Origin: Capsulimonadales bacterium
Lineage (GTDB): Bacteria > Armatimonadota > Armatimonadia > Armatimonadales > Armatimonadaceae
Direction: 5' to 3'
Length of the DNA stretch: 64,000 nucleotides
NCBI GenBank assembly: GCA_033762295.1
Contig: JANRLW010000085.1
Location: 10,604-74,603, forward strand
The position numbers were made by a program, and so were the translations under genes. Below are positions 13,951 through 23,624 of this stretch, piece by piece. The stretch's first letter is position 1, and every line of letters begins with the position of its first letter. Below the pieces are notes generated by a model that saw nothing but the letters and a program-made list of their open reading frames with translations, had not been told where the DNA came from and made no database searches.

Positions 13951-14532
13951 TCAGGGTAGTAAATCAGCAACGGAGGTACTTGCCCCGGAACGAGACAGCG
14001 GCGAAACAGCGTCCTGTTCCGTAAGTTCCTGAACGTTCGCGTAGCCAAGTGCGGTAGGGTTCCGATGGACTATCAGTCGTCGTCCGTTCAGGTCAACGAT
14101 CCAGTATTCGGCAATCCCGGCGCGAGCATAGAGCGCCGCTTTGGTATGTCGGTCATACCGGAGGGTGGCATCGGAAATCTCGACTATCAGAAGGACATCG
14201 GCGTCCGTCGGCGTTCCGCGCAACAGGTATTCGGGACGGGGCAACACCGTTACGGCAACATCGGGTTCGGGATTGTCGTTTGGTCCGAACGAAAGCGGCG
14301 AGGAGTGACGGACATGTTCCTGACCGAAGATCAGCGACAGAGCAAAAAGCGCCTTCATATTGGCGACAACATGCGGTTCGTTTTGCCCCACCTTGAGAAC
14401 GATCTCTCCTTCGACTAACTCATACTTGCCGGGGACAAGAAATTCGAGGGATTCCAGTTTTGTACAGTCAGCCCGGGTCCAGCGAATTCGATGGGGAAAC
14501 GGATCGTCGTTGTACGGAATCGTTGCGATCAT
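13951..14532 (-). CDS. Uma2 (DUF820) family endonuclease-fold protein
   Basis: YELVEGEI, PEPDVAV, LLIVEISDATLRYDRHTK, YARAGIAEYWIVDL. Confidence 0.92.
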   Translation of the reverse strand: MIATIPYNDDPFPHRIRWTRADCTKLESLEFLVPGKYELVEGEIVLKVGQNEPHVVANMKALFALSLIFGQEHVRHSSPLSFGPNDNPEPDVAVTVLPRPEYLLRGTPTDADVLLIVEISDATLRYDRHTKAALYARAGIAEYWIVDLNGRRLIVHRNPTALGYANVQELTEQDAVSPLSRSGASTSVADLLP

Positions 14533-14735
14533 GATTTTGTCGGTCCCCTGTTGGAGATTGTATCATTTCCGAAATGGCGATCACGACATGGCTTCCGTAT
14601 CAACAGGCAGTCCCGGTTCCGCAACACGGAAAAGGAGTTTCCCAACGGCGATACCGCAATCCTCCTGGCGCATAGTCTTGTTTATTCCCCCGACCGCCGG
14701 GATTCTACCGTGGAGGTCCGTCGCAGGGACAAACG

Positions 14736-16151
14736 TTAGCGGGCAGGAAGCAGAGCGAGGGCAAGCCCGAGGCGATGGCGGACCGTCGGCGGGGTGGCGG
14801 GATCGGCCAGACGGGAGCGAATCAGGCGTTCGGCGGCACGCCCCCGGTGAGCAAGTCCGAAAACGGCCAGCTTTCCCGCGAAGCCGGATGCGTCCAGCGC
14901 GGCGTCATAGATCGGCAGCGCGTCGTCGCCGAAGCGACCGGCATACCCGAGGACGACCTCCCGCACCAGACCGTCATTGCGCGGGTCGGACCGAACCAGT
15001 TCGATCAGCAGGGGCAAATCCGCGCGATCCGCGAACGCCGCCAGAGCGAAGGCGGCCGACGCGCGGTCGTATCGGGCTTTCGAGGCGATCAGCCGGCGCA
15101 GCGCGGCACGTGATTCCGCGCCTCCGATCCGCGTCAACGCGCAGGCGGCCCCGATCTTCAGGAAAAACTTCTCATAGTGCTCGGGACCGTCCTTCTCCGG
15201 ATACGGCCGCGCGGCCAGGGTTTCCAGGCGGCCGACGGTCGACCGGTCACGCCGACGCCCCAGTTCCCAGAGAGCCGCCAGACGCGCCGCGCCGGTTTCC
15301 CCGGTCTCCGCCAGCGTCAACAGACGATCGGTCGGTTCGGCTCGACGGAGGGGCGACGGGACGGTCGGGCGGACGGGCGAGGGCGATGCGGAGAACCGGA
15401 CGAACGGTCGCTTCTCCGGTCGGCGTCCCAGCGCCTTCGCCCAGGTCCGCGCGTCATCCGCCATGATCCCGCACCCCGCGGACGGGATGTTCGCTTTCGC
15501 CGCGAGAATGCGTTCCGGGTCCTCCTCGCCGCCGTCGGTATAGTTCCAGCCCCGGAGGAAAGGGCGAGCATCGGGCGAACGGAACACGTCTTTCGGAACC
15601 TGTCCCCCGACATTCCGCACCAGCGGCAGACACCCGGCGTCCGTCACCGCTTTCAGAACGGCTTCATAGGTTCCCGCCGTCTTGATATCGAGGAACAGGA
15701 GCAGTTCGTTCGCCTTCGCGAACCGCAGCACATCCCCGAGCAAGGGCGTGCGGAGTCCCTTCCATTGCGGCCCGAACCGCTTGCCGACATCGAGCGTCAG
15801 CACCTCCGACAGCGGCATATCCTCGATCTTTCCGCCCGGACCCCGGTCCTCCAGCACCCAGTCGTCGTGGTAAAGGACGAAATATCCGTCCTTTGTCCGA
15901 CGTATGTCGATCTCGACGCCGTCCGCACCCTGTCGGACCGCCGCTTCCAGCGCCGGGACCGTGTTCTCCGGAGCGGCCATCGACGCCGATCGATGCAGGA
16001 AGAGCAGGACGTTATCGGATTTCCATTGCGCCGGTCGGTCGGCGGGAGCCGACTGAGCCGACGCTTTGCCCCATGCCGGACACAAAGCGAGAAGGAAAAC
16101 GCTTCCTCGAAGGCACGATCGTAGAACGCTACGCCGGTCGACGGAGATCAT
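14736..16151 (-). CDS. Tat-exported glycerophosphodiester phosphodiesterase (GDPD) domain fused to HEAT-like repeats
   Basis: DRRSVL twin-arginine signal; HRSASMAAPENT, GADGVEIDIRRTKDG, HD; C-terminal helical repeats. Alternative start 16181 overlaps the upstream stop. Confidence 0.8.
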   Translation of the reverse strand: MISVDRRSVLRSCLRGSVFLLALCPAWGKASAQSAPADRPAQWKSDNVLLFLHRSASMAAPENTVPALEAAVRQGADGVEIDIRRTKDGYFVLYHDDWVLEDRGPGGKIEDMPLSEVLTLDVGKRFGPQWKGLRTPLLGDVLRFAKANELLLFLDIKTAGTYEAVLKAVTDAGCLPLVRNVGGQVPKDVFRSPDARPFLRGWNYTDGGEEDPERILAAKANIPSAGCGIMADDARTWAKALGRRPEKRPFVRFSASPSPVRPTVPSPLRRAEPTDRLLTLAETGETGAARLAALWELGRRRDRSTVGRLETLAARPYPEKDGPEHYEKFFLKIGAACALTRIGGAESRAALRRLIASKARYDRASAAFALAAFADRADLPLLIELVRSDPRNDGLVREVVLGYAGRFGDDALPIYDAALDASGFAGKLAVFGLAHRGRAAERLIRSRLADPATPPTVRHRLGLALALLPAR

Positions 16152-16180
16152 GGCTTTCCTTCCCGCCCGGTCTTTCCTCA

Positions 16181-17116
16181 TCAGTTCAGCGGTTCGCCGG
16201 GAATGGGCGCGGGTCGGCAGTTGGTTCCCGGGGTGCAGCCCAGCGGCCAGAACCCGGCATCGAACGCCGCCACTCCCGGACAACCGGTCGCATAGAACCC
16301 GACGCCGGAGTTATTGATATCCAGGTAGCCCGGCAGCACCAGACCGTCGCAGAAGGTCGGCAGTCGGGTCGCGCCGTTATCGAAGGAGAAGGTGCCTGCG
16401 CGACGTTCGCCCGATCCGCTCAATCGGTACCATTTGACATGGCCGTCGGTAAAGCCGACAACGACCCCTCCCTGATGCCGGGAGACGATTTCCGGCGCGG
16501 CCGATCGTGAGGTATTGCCGATCATCGCGCCACGCGCCCAGCCCAGGTAGACACCGCTCGAATGCTGCGTCAACTCGCCGTAGGAGGCCGACTCGACCAT
16601 CAGCATGGTATCGGCCGGTTGAGGGATCGCGGCCATCGGACGACCGAAGAAGATATTGGTGCTGCCCTGCCGGACCACGCGATATCCGCCGATATTACCC
16701 AGCATTCCGTACGAGCGTCGGCTCGGTTGTCCCGAGGGGTTGGCGACTCCCGGAAACAGATTTCCGGCCGAATCGGCGGGCGATTGAAGAATGCCCCAGT
16801 TTTTGACATAGGGCTGCAACAGCCAGTCGTAGCTGAGGCGGAATCCGGTCGGCGTCGCCAGAACACCGCCGATCTCCTGAGAACCCGCGCAGAACGTTTC
16901 ATCGTAATCCTGCGCGTACATCAGGTGCGCGAGCGTCCACTGTTTCATGTTGGAAAGGGAGGACGCCTTGCGCGCGGTGTCGCGGGCCTGGGCGAAAACC
17001 GGAAAGAGAATGGCGGCCAGAATGGCAATAATGGCGATCACAACGAGCAGTTCGATCAGCGTAAACGCCGCTTCCGCACGGGAAACGCGGCCTGTCGCAG
17101 AAATTCGGTTTTGCAT
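16181..17116 (-). CDS. DUF1559 prepilin-type protein with H-X9-DG motif
   Basis: [60 protein letters not shown]. Confidence 0.92.
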   Translation of the reverse strand: MQNRISATGRVSRAEAAFTLIELLVVIAIIAILAAILFPVFAQARDTARKASSLSNMKQWTLAHLMYAQDYDETFCAGSQEIGGVLATPTGFRLSYDWLLQPYVKNWGILQSPADSAGNLFPGVANPSGQPSRRSYGMLGNIGGYRVVRQGSTNIFFGRPMAAIPQPADTMLMVESASYGELTQHSSGVYLGWARGAMIGNTSRSAAPEIVSRHQGGVVVGFTDGHVKWYRLSGSGERRAGTFSFDNGATRLPTFCDGLVLPGYLDINNSGVGFYATGCPGVAAFDAGFWPLGCTPGTNCRPAPIPGEPLN

Positions 17117-17210
17117 GACGGAACCTTTCTCAGCGAAGCGAGACGCCGCCCGCGCGGCGTCTCCGTCGATTCCTACGGATTTCAATATACAGGAACTGAG
17201 AGGTTTTAAG

Positions 17211-17231
17211 GTTAAATCCATGTTAAATCCA
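17211..17231 (-). promoter_or_regulatory. 11-bp-period direct repeat (Pho-box/OmpR-family-like)
   Basis: Minus strand TGGATTTAAC-A-TGGATTTAAC; candidate -10 TATATT at 17189-17184. Confidence 0.5.
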
Positions 17232-17319
17232 ACCTGATCGGCCATCATCGGTCGTGTCCGCTAACCAGGTTTTCGCGTATAATGCGGAATAATCCCTGCC
17301 GATAAGGCGTCGAACACCG

Positions 17320-18846
17320 ATGAGGCATCGAAAGATGATCCATCTGACACTGCCGGTCTCGCCGATGCGTCCGTTAATCGCCCTCTGTATTCCGGCGTGC
17401 GTTCCCGGAGCGACGGCGGCGCAACGCCCCGTTCCCGCACCGCCCGTCGTTACCATCCGGCGCATCGTCCCGAATACCGACAGCGTCAAGGTAGCGTTCG
17501 CTCCGGTTCGTGGGGCGCGCGACTACCGGATCTTTGACCTGTCCCGCCCGGAGAAGGTCAAATACGCGGGTCTTATCCATCGTCCGGACCCGAAAGATCC
17601 GGAACGCTTTTTGACCTTTCCGGCGACCGAGATCGAATGGAACGGTATCGCGCCGGGAACCCCGGTACGCTTGATCGTGGAAGCCATCGATCGGGTCGGA
17701 CCGGTCCCGCCCGCCAACCGATCGGTCGATCCCGTGGCTTCCCGTCCGGTCGAAACGCTCTCCCTGCCGGCGACCGACCCGATGATCTGCGACGAGACGA
17801 CCGCCCTGATCGGGTCGAATGCCGGTCCGACCCCGGACGGCAGAATCTCGATCAACGGACAGGGCGATTCCGGAAAGAGCGGACGGGTTCTGGCGCGGTC
17901 CCGCCCGTTTACCGTCCGTGCCACCGGGAAACCGCCGATTCCGAGCGGCAGGGACGCCGCCCAGATTCTCTTCGATACGTTCGCTTCCGGCGATATTACG
18001 GCGTCGGGGTCGGCGGATGCGGCCAAGGGAACCCGCGTTTTTCGCCTGCGGACCCCCGCCGCGGATTGGGATATCCGGTTTCAGGGCAGCGACCTTGCCC
18101 GCAGTCAGCCGTTCGTCATGGACCGGCACTATATGGACCTTCTGTTCGATGGGCCGATGGGCCGGGAGAAGCACCGGGGACGAAGCGCGACCGCGCTGTC
18201 TCCCGTGCGAACCGCCGATTTCTCCGGCGGACGCATTCTTCATCTGACCATGGAGATCGACGCCCACCTCAACGGAACACGGTGGGTCGGCTTCAACCTT
18301 TCGCCCGACGACGATCCGCTGACCGACCTCTACTGGTCCAAACGGGACGGCGCGGTCAACCGGACCAACCGCGCCTTCTTCGTCGAGATCGCCGAAACGC
18401 GGGCGCTGCTTGGCGTGATCGATGACGCGACCCGGAACGATCCCCTTCTGGCGGCGACCGGCCCTATCCAGGTGGAACGCGACACCCGGAACGCGATCCT
18501 TGCCCATCGACCGTCGGGCAACGGGCATGGTCTGGACAACCGCAGCCGCTTCGACCTGTTCGTCTCCCGGGATCGGGTCGCCCTGTTCGAGGATGGGAAA
18601 CGGCTCTGCGACGAAAAAATCGTGCCCGGACTGCCGTTCGAACGCGCGAAGGTCTACTTCTCCCACTTCCTCTACCATACGGCCCTGGAGAAGTTCGTCC
18701 TGCCGGTCCACGCCCCCCACGAGCGGTACTGGCGGGACCATTTCCCCTACTCGGATGAACGGCACTGGGACAACCTGGGTTTCGAGGTCCTTCCCGCCTC
18801 CGTCCGCTGGCAAACGCTCGGACAGCGGCTGAAAATCGGTCAATAA
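17320..18846 (+). CDS. Hypothetical secreted beta-rich protein
   Basis: Long ORF with signal-peptide-like N-terminus; TATAAT upstream at 17278; no family recognised. Confidence 0.7.
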   Translation: MRHRKMIHLTLPVSPMRPLIALCIPACVPGATAAQRPVPAPPVVTIRRIVPNTDSVKVAFAPVRGARDYRIFDLSRPEKVKYAGLIHRPDPKDPERFLTFPATEIEWNGIAPGTPVRLIVEAIDRVGPVPPANRSVDPVASRPVETLSLPATDPMICDETTALIGSNAGPTPDGRISINGQGDSGKSGRVLARSRPFTVRATGKPPIPSGRDAAQILFDTFASGDITASGSADAAKGTRVFRLRTPAADWDIRFQGSDLARSQPFVMDRHYMDLLFDGPMGREKHRGRSATALSPVRTADFSGGRILHLTMEIDAHLNGTRWVGFNLSPDDDPLTDLYWSKRDGAVNRTNRAFFVEIAETRALLGVIDDATRNDPLLAATGPIQVERDTRNAILAHRPSGNGHGLDNRSRFDLFVSRDRVALFEDGKRLCDEKIVPGLPFERAKVYFSHFLYHTALEKFVLPVHAPHERYWRDHFPYSDERHWDNLGFEVLPASVRWQTLGQRLKIGQ

Positions 18847-18913
18847 CCGATACGGATACCCTTCATGATTCGGGCAGGGTTGTAGTATAATGGTGCGGAA
18901 GCGACCACCGGCT

Positions 18914-18978
18914 CTTTCGTCATTTTTCGTCGTTTTTCGTTGTTTTTCGTCGTTTCCGACAATTTCGTTTTTTCCGAC
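18914..18978 (+). repeat. 10-bp tandem repeat with phased T-tracts
   Basis: TTTCGTCA TTTTTCGTCG TTTTTCGTTG TTTTTCGTCG TTTCCGACAA, between TATAAT (18886) and the protease start. Confidence 0.8.
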
Positions 18979-19013
18979 TCGATCTTTCGCCCACCGGCAA
19001 GGAGTATCCATCC

Positions 19014-19955
19014 GTGAAATCCATCTATCTGCTTTATGGCTCGGTTGTCGCCATGGCTGCCGTCAGCCTTTCCGTCGTGGCGTTCCCCCGCACCGCCCGC
19101 AGTAGCGCGCCGATCCGGCGCTGCGGCACCTATGAACCGACCGCCCTGGAAGCCAGCCGGATCGAGTCGCAAGTGAAACGGGATATGGCGAAGAGGTTTT
19201 CGACCGCCCGGATCGGAGCCGCCCCGGCGACGCAGACGATCGATGTCTACTTCCATGTCATCACCGCCGCGAACGGAACGACCGGTGCGCTGACGGATGC
19301 ACAGATCGCCTCCCAGATCGCGGTCCTGAACCGGGGGTTCGACGGAACCGATACCCTTCCGAACGGCGTCACTCCCCTCGGCCCCAATGCGGTCACCCGG
19401 TTCCGCTTCGTGCTTCGGGAGATCGACCGAACCGCCAACGACACCTGGTTCGCCGGGAACGATGAATTCGGCATGAAATCCCGCCTTCGGAAAGGCGGCG
19501 CGGGCGCGCTGAACGTCTACACCTCGAACCTCGGAGCGGTCGGCCTTCTCGGCTTTGCCACCTTCCCGTGGTGGTACCAGGGTTCCCCGATCTATGACGG
19601 CGTCGTTATCGCCTTCGATTCGCTCCCCGGCTTCCCCGGCCCGTTCGGACTGGGCAAGACCCTGACCCATGAGGTGGGACACTGGGTCGGACTCTACCAT
19701 ACGTTCCAGGGGGGATGCTCCAAGTACAGCGACTTTGTCGCCGATACGGCCGCGCAACGACAGTCGTTCTCCGGCGACTGGTTCCCCGGAGGCTTTCCCG
19801 GCGTCCAACCCGATACCTGCACCGGGCGGAACTATCCCGGCAAGGACCCGACCGACAACTATATGGACTATAGCAACGACGCCTCGTACACCCGGTTCTC
19901 CGAGGGTCAGGCCGCCCGCATGAGCGCGTTGTGCCGAACATATCGCGGACTGTAG
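19014..19955 (+). CDS. Secreted zinc metalloprotease, M43 (pappalysin/ulilysin-like)
   Basis: Signal peptide, Cys-switch RRCGT, HEVGHWVGLYH, Met-turn NYMDY. Confidence 0.92.
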   Translation: MKSIYLLYGSVVAMAAVSLSVVAFPRTARSSAPIRRCGTYEPTALEASRIESQVKRDMAKRFSTARIGAAPATQTIDVYFHVITAANGTTGALTDAQIASQIAVLNRGFDGTDTLPNGVTPLGPNAVTRFRFVLREIDRTANDTWFAGNDEFGMKSRLRKGGAGALNVYTSNLGAVGLLGFATFPWWYQGSPIYDGVVIAFDSLPGFPGPFGLGKTLTHEVGHWVGLYHTFQGGCSKYSDFVADTAAQRQSFSGDWFPGGFPGVQPDTCTGRNYPGKDPTDNYMDYSNDASYTRFSEGQAARMSALCRTYRGL

Positions 19956-20037
19956 ATTGCTCTCGACTTATCGAAGGGCGCGTGTCCGCCGGACCGCGCC
20001 CTTTCCTGTTGCATAAAATCCCGGAGGTTCTTTTCGA

Positions 20038-20985
20038 ATGCGCTCCCTTTTTTCCGTTTACTCGATCCTCGGAGGGCTGATGCTTTCCGGTGTCGCTCTG
20101 TCCCTGGCAACGTCGCCCGCACGCAGCCAGAAACGATCGGTCGTTCTCTGCGGCACCTACAACCCGACCCCGGCCGAAGCGCAGCAGATCGAATCACGCA
20201 CGAAAACCCTGCTGACCAAACTCAAGCTTTCCAAAGGCGTCGCCGCCGCTCCCGCGCTCGCCAACATCGATGTTTACGTTCATGTCATCACCAGAGCGGA
20301 CGGCACGACCGGAAACGTCACCGATGAAAACATTCAGAAACTGGTGGACGTTCTGAACGATGGGTTCGCGGGGAACTATAAACTTCCCGACGGCGTCACC
20401 CCGCTCGGTCCGAACGCGAACACCCGGTTTCGCTTCACTCTCAAAGGCATCGACCGCACCGCCAATGACACCTGGTACGGGGATGGCAACACCTACGCAA
20501 TGAAGTCGGCTCTCCGAAAAGGGGACGCGCGAACGCTGAATATCTATCTCTGCAGTATCATTCCGAACGGTCTCGTCGGCTACGCCGTTTTCCCCTGGTG
20601 GTATAAGAATGACCCGATCGGCGATGGGGTCGTCTACGACAACACTGCGATGCCCGGTTCGGGAGGTTTTTATCAGAGCGGTCGCGTTCTGACGCACGAA
20701 GTCGGCCACTGGGCGGGGCTTTACCATACGTTCCAGGGAGGCTGCTCCAAGTACAACGACTACGTCGGCGACACCAACGCCGAATCGTCTCCGTTCCGGG
20801 GCGACTGGTTCTCCGGCGGCCGGTCCCCCGCCAGCCAGCCCGATACCTGCACCGGGCGGAACTATCCCGGCAAGGACCCGACCGACAACCAGATGGACTA
20901 TAGCGACGACACTTCCCGCGTCCGCTTTACCGCCGCCCAGGCGAATCGAATGAGCGAACTCTGCCGCATCTATCGCGGACTTTGA
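20038..20985 (+). CDS. Secreted zinc metalloprotease, M43; tandem paralogue
   Basis: LCGT, HEVGHWAGLYH, NQMDY; collinear with the upstream gene. Confidence 0.92.
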   Translation: MRSLFSVYSILGGLMLSGVALSLATSPARSQKRSVVLCGTYNPTPAEAQQIESRTKTLLTKLKLSKGVAAAPALANIDVYVHVITRADGTTGNVTDENIQKLVDVLNDGFAGNYKLPDGVTPLGPNANTRFRFTLKGIDRTANDTWYGDGNTYAMKSALRKGDARTLNIYLCSIIPNGLVGYAVFPWWYKNDPIGDGVVYDNTAMPGSGGFYQSGRVLTHEVGHWAGLYHTFQGGCSKYNDYVGDTNAESSPFRGDWFSGGRSPASQPDTCTGRNYPGKDPTDNQMDYSDDTSRVRFTAAQANRMSELCRIYRGL

Positions 20986-20986
20986 A

Positions 20987-21032
20987 ACGAACGGCGGCCC
21001 CGGAAGAGTCCTCTTCCGGGGCCGCCGTTCGT
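20987..21032. terminator. Bidirectional hairpin between convergent genes
   Basis: Perfect 22-bp inverted repeat ACGAACGGCGGCCCCGGAAGAG-TC-CTCTTCCGGGGCCGCCGTTCGT. Confidence 0.75.
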
Positions 21033-21045
21033 CCGGTTCGTCCGG

Positions 21046-21708
21046 TTATTTTTTCCGGCAGAGCGTCAGGCCGTCGCCGACCGGTAGCAGACACATATCC
21101 ACACGCGCGTCGGCGTAGATCTTGGCATTCAGGGCGCGGAAAGCGTTCGTGTCCTCGTCCTGATGTTCCGGTTCGGAGACTCGTCCGCCCCAGAGCGTGT
21201 TATCGATCCCGAACACCCCGCCCTGACGCAGCAACACCAGCACGGCCTCGTAATAACGGTCGTAGTTGGGCTTGTCCGCGTCGATAAAGGCGAAGTCGAA
21301 CGTACCGGCATGCCCCTCGGCGATCAGGCGGTCCAGGGTTTCCGTCGCCGGAGCGATCCGCAGATCGATTTTGTGGTCGACCCCCGCATCGATCCAGTAT
21401 CGGCGGGCGACCGCCGTAAACTCCTCGCTGACATCGCAGGCGATGATCCGCCCGTCCTCCGGCAGCGCCTGAGCGACCACCAGCGACGAGTATCCGGTGA
21501 AAACGCCGATCTCCAGACACTTTTTGACGTTCAGCGCGCGGATCAGAAAGGCCATGATCTGCCCCTGCTCGGCGGAAATCTGCATGCCGCCGTTGGGCAT
21601 CCCCTCGGTTTCGTCGCGCAAACGACGCATGGCATCGTTCAAATGAGCGGCGACCGACACATAGTACTGATGCAGGCGGTCGGTCATCGCAATCGTGGCA
21701 CGTGACAT
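21046..21708 (-). CDS. Class I SAM-dependent O-methyltransferase (caffeoyl-CoA OMT-like)
   Basis: MQISAEQG, LEIGVFTGYS, FDFAFIDADK, IDNTLWGG, VGDGLTL. Confidence 0.93.
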   Translation of the reverse strand: MSRATIAMTDRLHQYYVSVAAHLNDAMRRLRDETEGMPNGGMQISAEQGQIMAFLIRALNVKKCLEIGVFTGYSSLVVAQALPEDGRIIACDVSEEFTAVARRYWIDAGVDHKIDLRIAPATETLDRLIAEGHAGTFDFAFIDADKPNYDRYYEAVLVLLRQGGVFGIDNTLWGGRVSEPEHQDEDTNAFRALNAKIYADARVDMCLLPVGDGLTLCRKK

Positions 21709-21725
21709 CGTGTTCGTTCCTTGGT

Positions 21726-22805
21726 TTATGCCGGGCGGCGCAGCATCTGTTTGAGTTCGGTAATGTTTCCGGCGGCGCGGAGGGCATCCTCCTCGCTGAT
21801 GATTCCGGCGCGGTAGTACTTGGTCAGGCACTGGTTCATCGTCTGCATGCCCCAGAAGCTGCCTTCCTGAATCGCGGAATAGATGTTTCCGGCCCGTCCG
21901 TCCTCGATCAGTTTGGCGATCGTCGGTGTCACGATCATGACCTCGATCGCGGCGACCCGTCCCTCGGCATCGACCCGCGGCAGAAGTTTCTGCGACAGAA
22001 CGCCCCGCAGGGAGTTGGACATACGCAGACAGAGCGTCGCGCGTTCGTGCGGCGGGAAAAGGTTGATGATACGGTCGAGGGTTTCGGCCGCGCTTGCGGT
22101 ATGCACCGTCGAGAAGACCAGGTGTCCGGTTTCCGAGGCCTGCAACGCGACGTTCATGGTCTCGATATCGCGCATCTCACCGATCAGAATGATATCGGGG
22201 TTCTGGCGGACGACGTATTTCAGCGCGTCGGTGAAGGAGTCGGTATCGATCCCGATCTCCCGCTGAGAGACGATACACAACTTGTCGGGATGCACGAACT
22301 CGATCGGGTCCTCGACGGTGACGATGTTGGCGCGACGCTCGTTGTTGATCTTGTCGATCATCGCCGCCAGGGTCGTGGACTTACCGGAACCGGTCGGTCC
22401 GGTGATCAGGATCAATCCCTGTCGGTGCGTGGTCAGGTCGCCGATGACGGGCGGAAGTCCGAGTTGTTCGAGCGACAGGATCTTCAGCGGCACCAGTCGG
22501 CACACCGTTCCCATCGACCCGCGCTGCTGATAGATATTGGCGCGAACGCGGCAGAGTCCGTCCACGACGAAGGCAAGGTCCATTTCATGCCGATGCTCGA
22601 ACCGTCCGATCTGCTCATGCGTCATGACCGAATAGGCAAGCCGTCGGGTGTCATCCGGGGTCAGACGGGGATAATCCTCCCGGGCCGTGATCCGCCCGTG
22701 AACGCGAAAACTCGGGGGACTATCGGCCTTAATAAACAGGTCGGAGGCCTTCATTTCGGCAGCCAACTTAATCAGTTCGCGCAAATCGCGGTATTCCACA
22801 GGCAT
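21726..22805 (-). CDS. pilT: Type IV pilus retraction ATPase, PilT/PilU family
   Basis: ASDLFI, GPTGSGKSTT, EDPIE, GEMRD, TGHLVFSTVH, GMQTMNQ. The AIRNLIRE motif is divergent (TIAKLIED), so PilU-like is possible. Confidence 0.88.
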   Translation of the reverse strand: MPVEYRDLRELIKLAAEMKASDLFIKADSPPSFRVHGRITAREDYPRLTPDDTRRLAYSVMTHEQIGRFEHRHEMDLAFVVDGLCRVRANIYQQRGSMGTVCRLVPLKILSLEQLGLPPVIGDLTTHRQGLILITGPTGSGKSTTLAAMIDKINNERRANIVTVEDPIEFVHPDKLCIVSQREIGIDTDSFTDALKYVVRQNPDIILIGEMRDIETMNVALQASETGHLVFSTVHTASAAETLDRIINLFPPHERATLCLRMSNSLRGVLSQKLLPRVDAEGRVAAIEVMIVTPTIAKLIEDGRAGNIYSAIQEGSFWGMQTMNQCLTKYYRAGIISEEDALRAAGNITELKQMLRRPA

Positions 22806-22876
22806 AGCAGCCAATCGATCCTTTCCGGGAGAGCCGTCCGCCGCTGTGTCCCACCGGTCGGGCGCTCCGTCTCTGA

Positions 22877-23617
22877 TTATCGGGCGGTCATTCGGGTAAA
22901 CAACAGATAGGCCACCGTCCCCGCGCCGAGCGCCACCGCCACCGCCAGTCCGGTCCCGATCCACCCCTTCGGCAAGCCGGGCGGGTCGGTCCTTCCGGCC
23001 GCCGTTTCGGAGCCCTGGTCGCTTTTGATTGTTTCGTAGGTCGGCAGGCGCAACGATTCCAGGTTATGATTTTTTATATTCAACATATAGGTGAAGGCTC
23101 CCTGCCCCTGCGACAGCGAAACCTCCAAATTGTTGTCGGAGTACTCGCGAATGCCCCGAAACGCGAATTTGTCTCCCGGAATGAGATAGGTGATATGGAC
23201 ACGGTCCAGATCGCGGAACGCGCGGGCGAACGGTTCGAGCGGCATCGTTCCATCCGACAGGTTGACGACGTTCCCGGTCGTTCGGAACGTGACCGAGGAC
23301 ATAACGGGCGTTTTCGGGGCGTCCGGCGCACTCGGTTCCAGCGCCCGGTCCTTGAACTCCGGTTCGCTCGCCCGCCATCCGGTCAGGCGTAACAGAGTCC
23401 GGACACGGCTCTCCGCCCGCGTCCGTGGCACGGTCTTCGGATAGACCGTCGTCACCGCCCATTCGCGGGTCGGCAGCGGGAAGGCGACCACCTGCACATC
23501 CGGAACCCGCCGGGTCGGGATCGGCGCATTGACCATCTGCGCCTGCGCCGCGGCCGTCCCCCCGATCACCGCCGTCATCGACGCCATACAGGCCGCCGTC
23601 GCCAAAAATCGATTCAT
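22877..23617 (-). CDS. Hypothetical exported protein with C-terminal membrane anchor
   Basis: Signal peptide (AQA|Q); C-terminal TM followed by TRMTAR. Confidence 0.7.
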   Translation of the reverse strand: MNRFLATAACMASMTAVIGGTAAAQAQMVNAPIPTRRVPDVQVVAFPLPTREWAVTTVYPKTVPRTRAESRVRTLLRLTGWRASEPEFKDRALEPSAPDAPKTPVMSSVTFRTTGNVVNLSDGTMPLEPFARAFRDLDRVHITYLIPGDKFAFRGIREYSDNNLEVSLSQGQGAFTYMLNIKNHNLESLRLPTYETIKSDQGSETAAGRTDPPGLPKGWIGTGLAVAVALGAGTVAYLLFTRMTAR

Positions 23618-23624
23618 TACGGTT

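Noticed and set aside
18914..18978. CRISPR-like array
   Set aside because: Contiguous 10-bp units with no spacers, and no cas genes.
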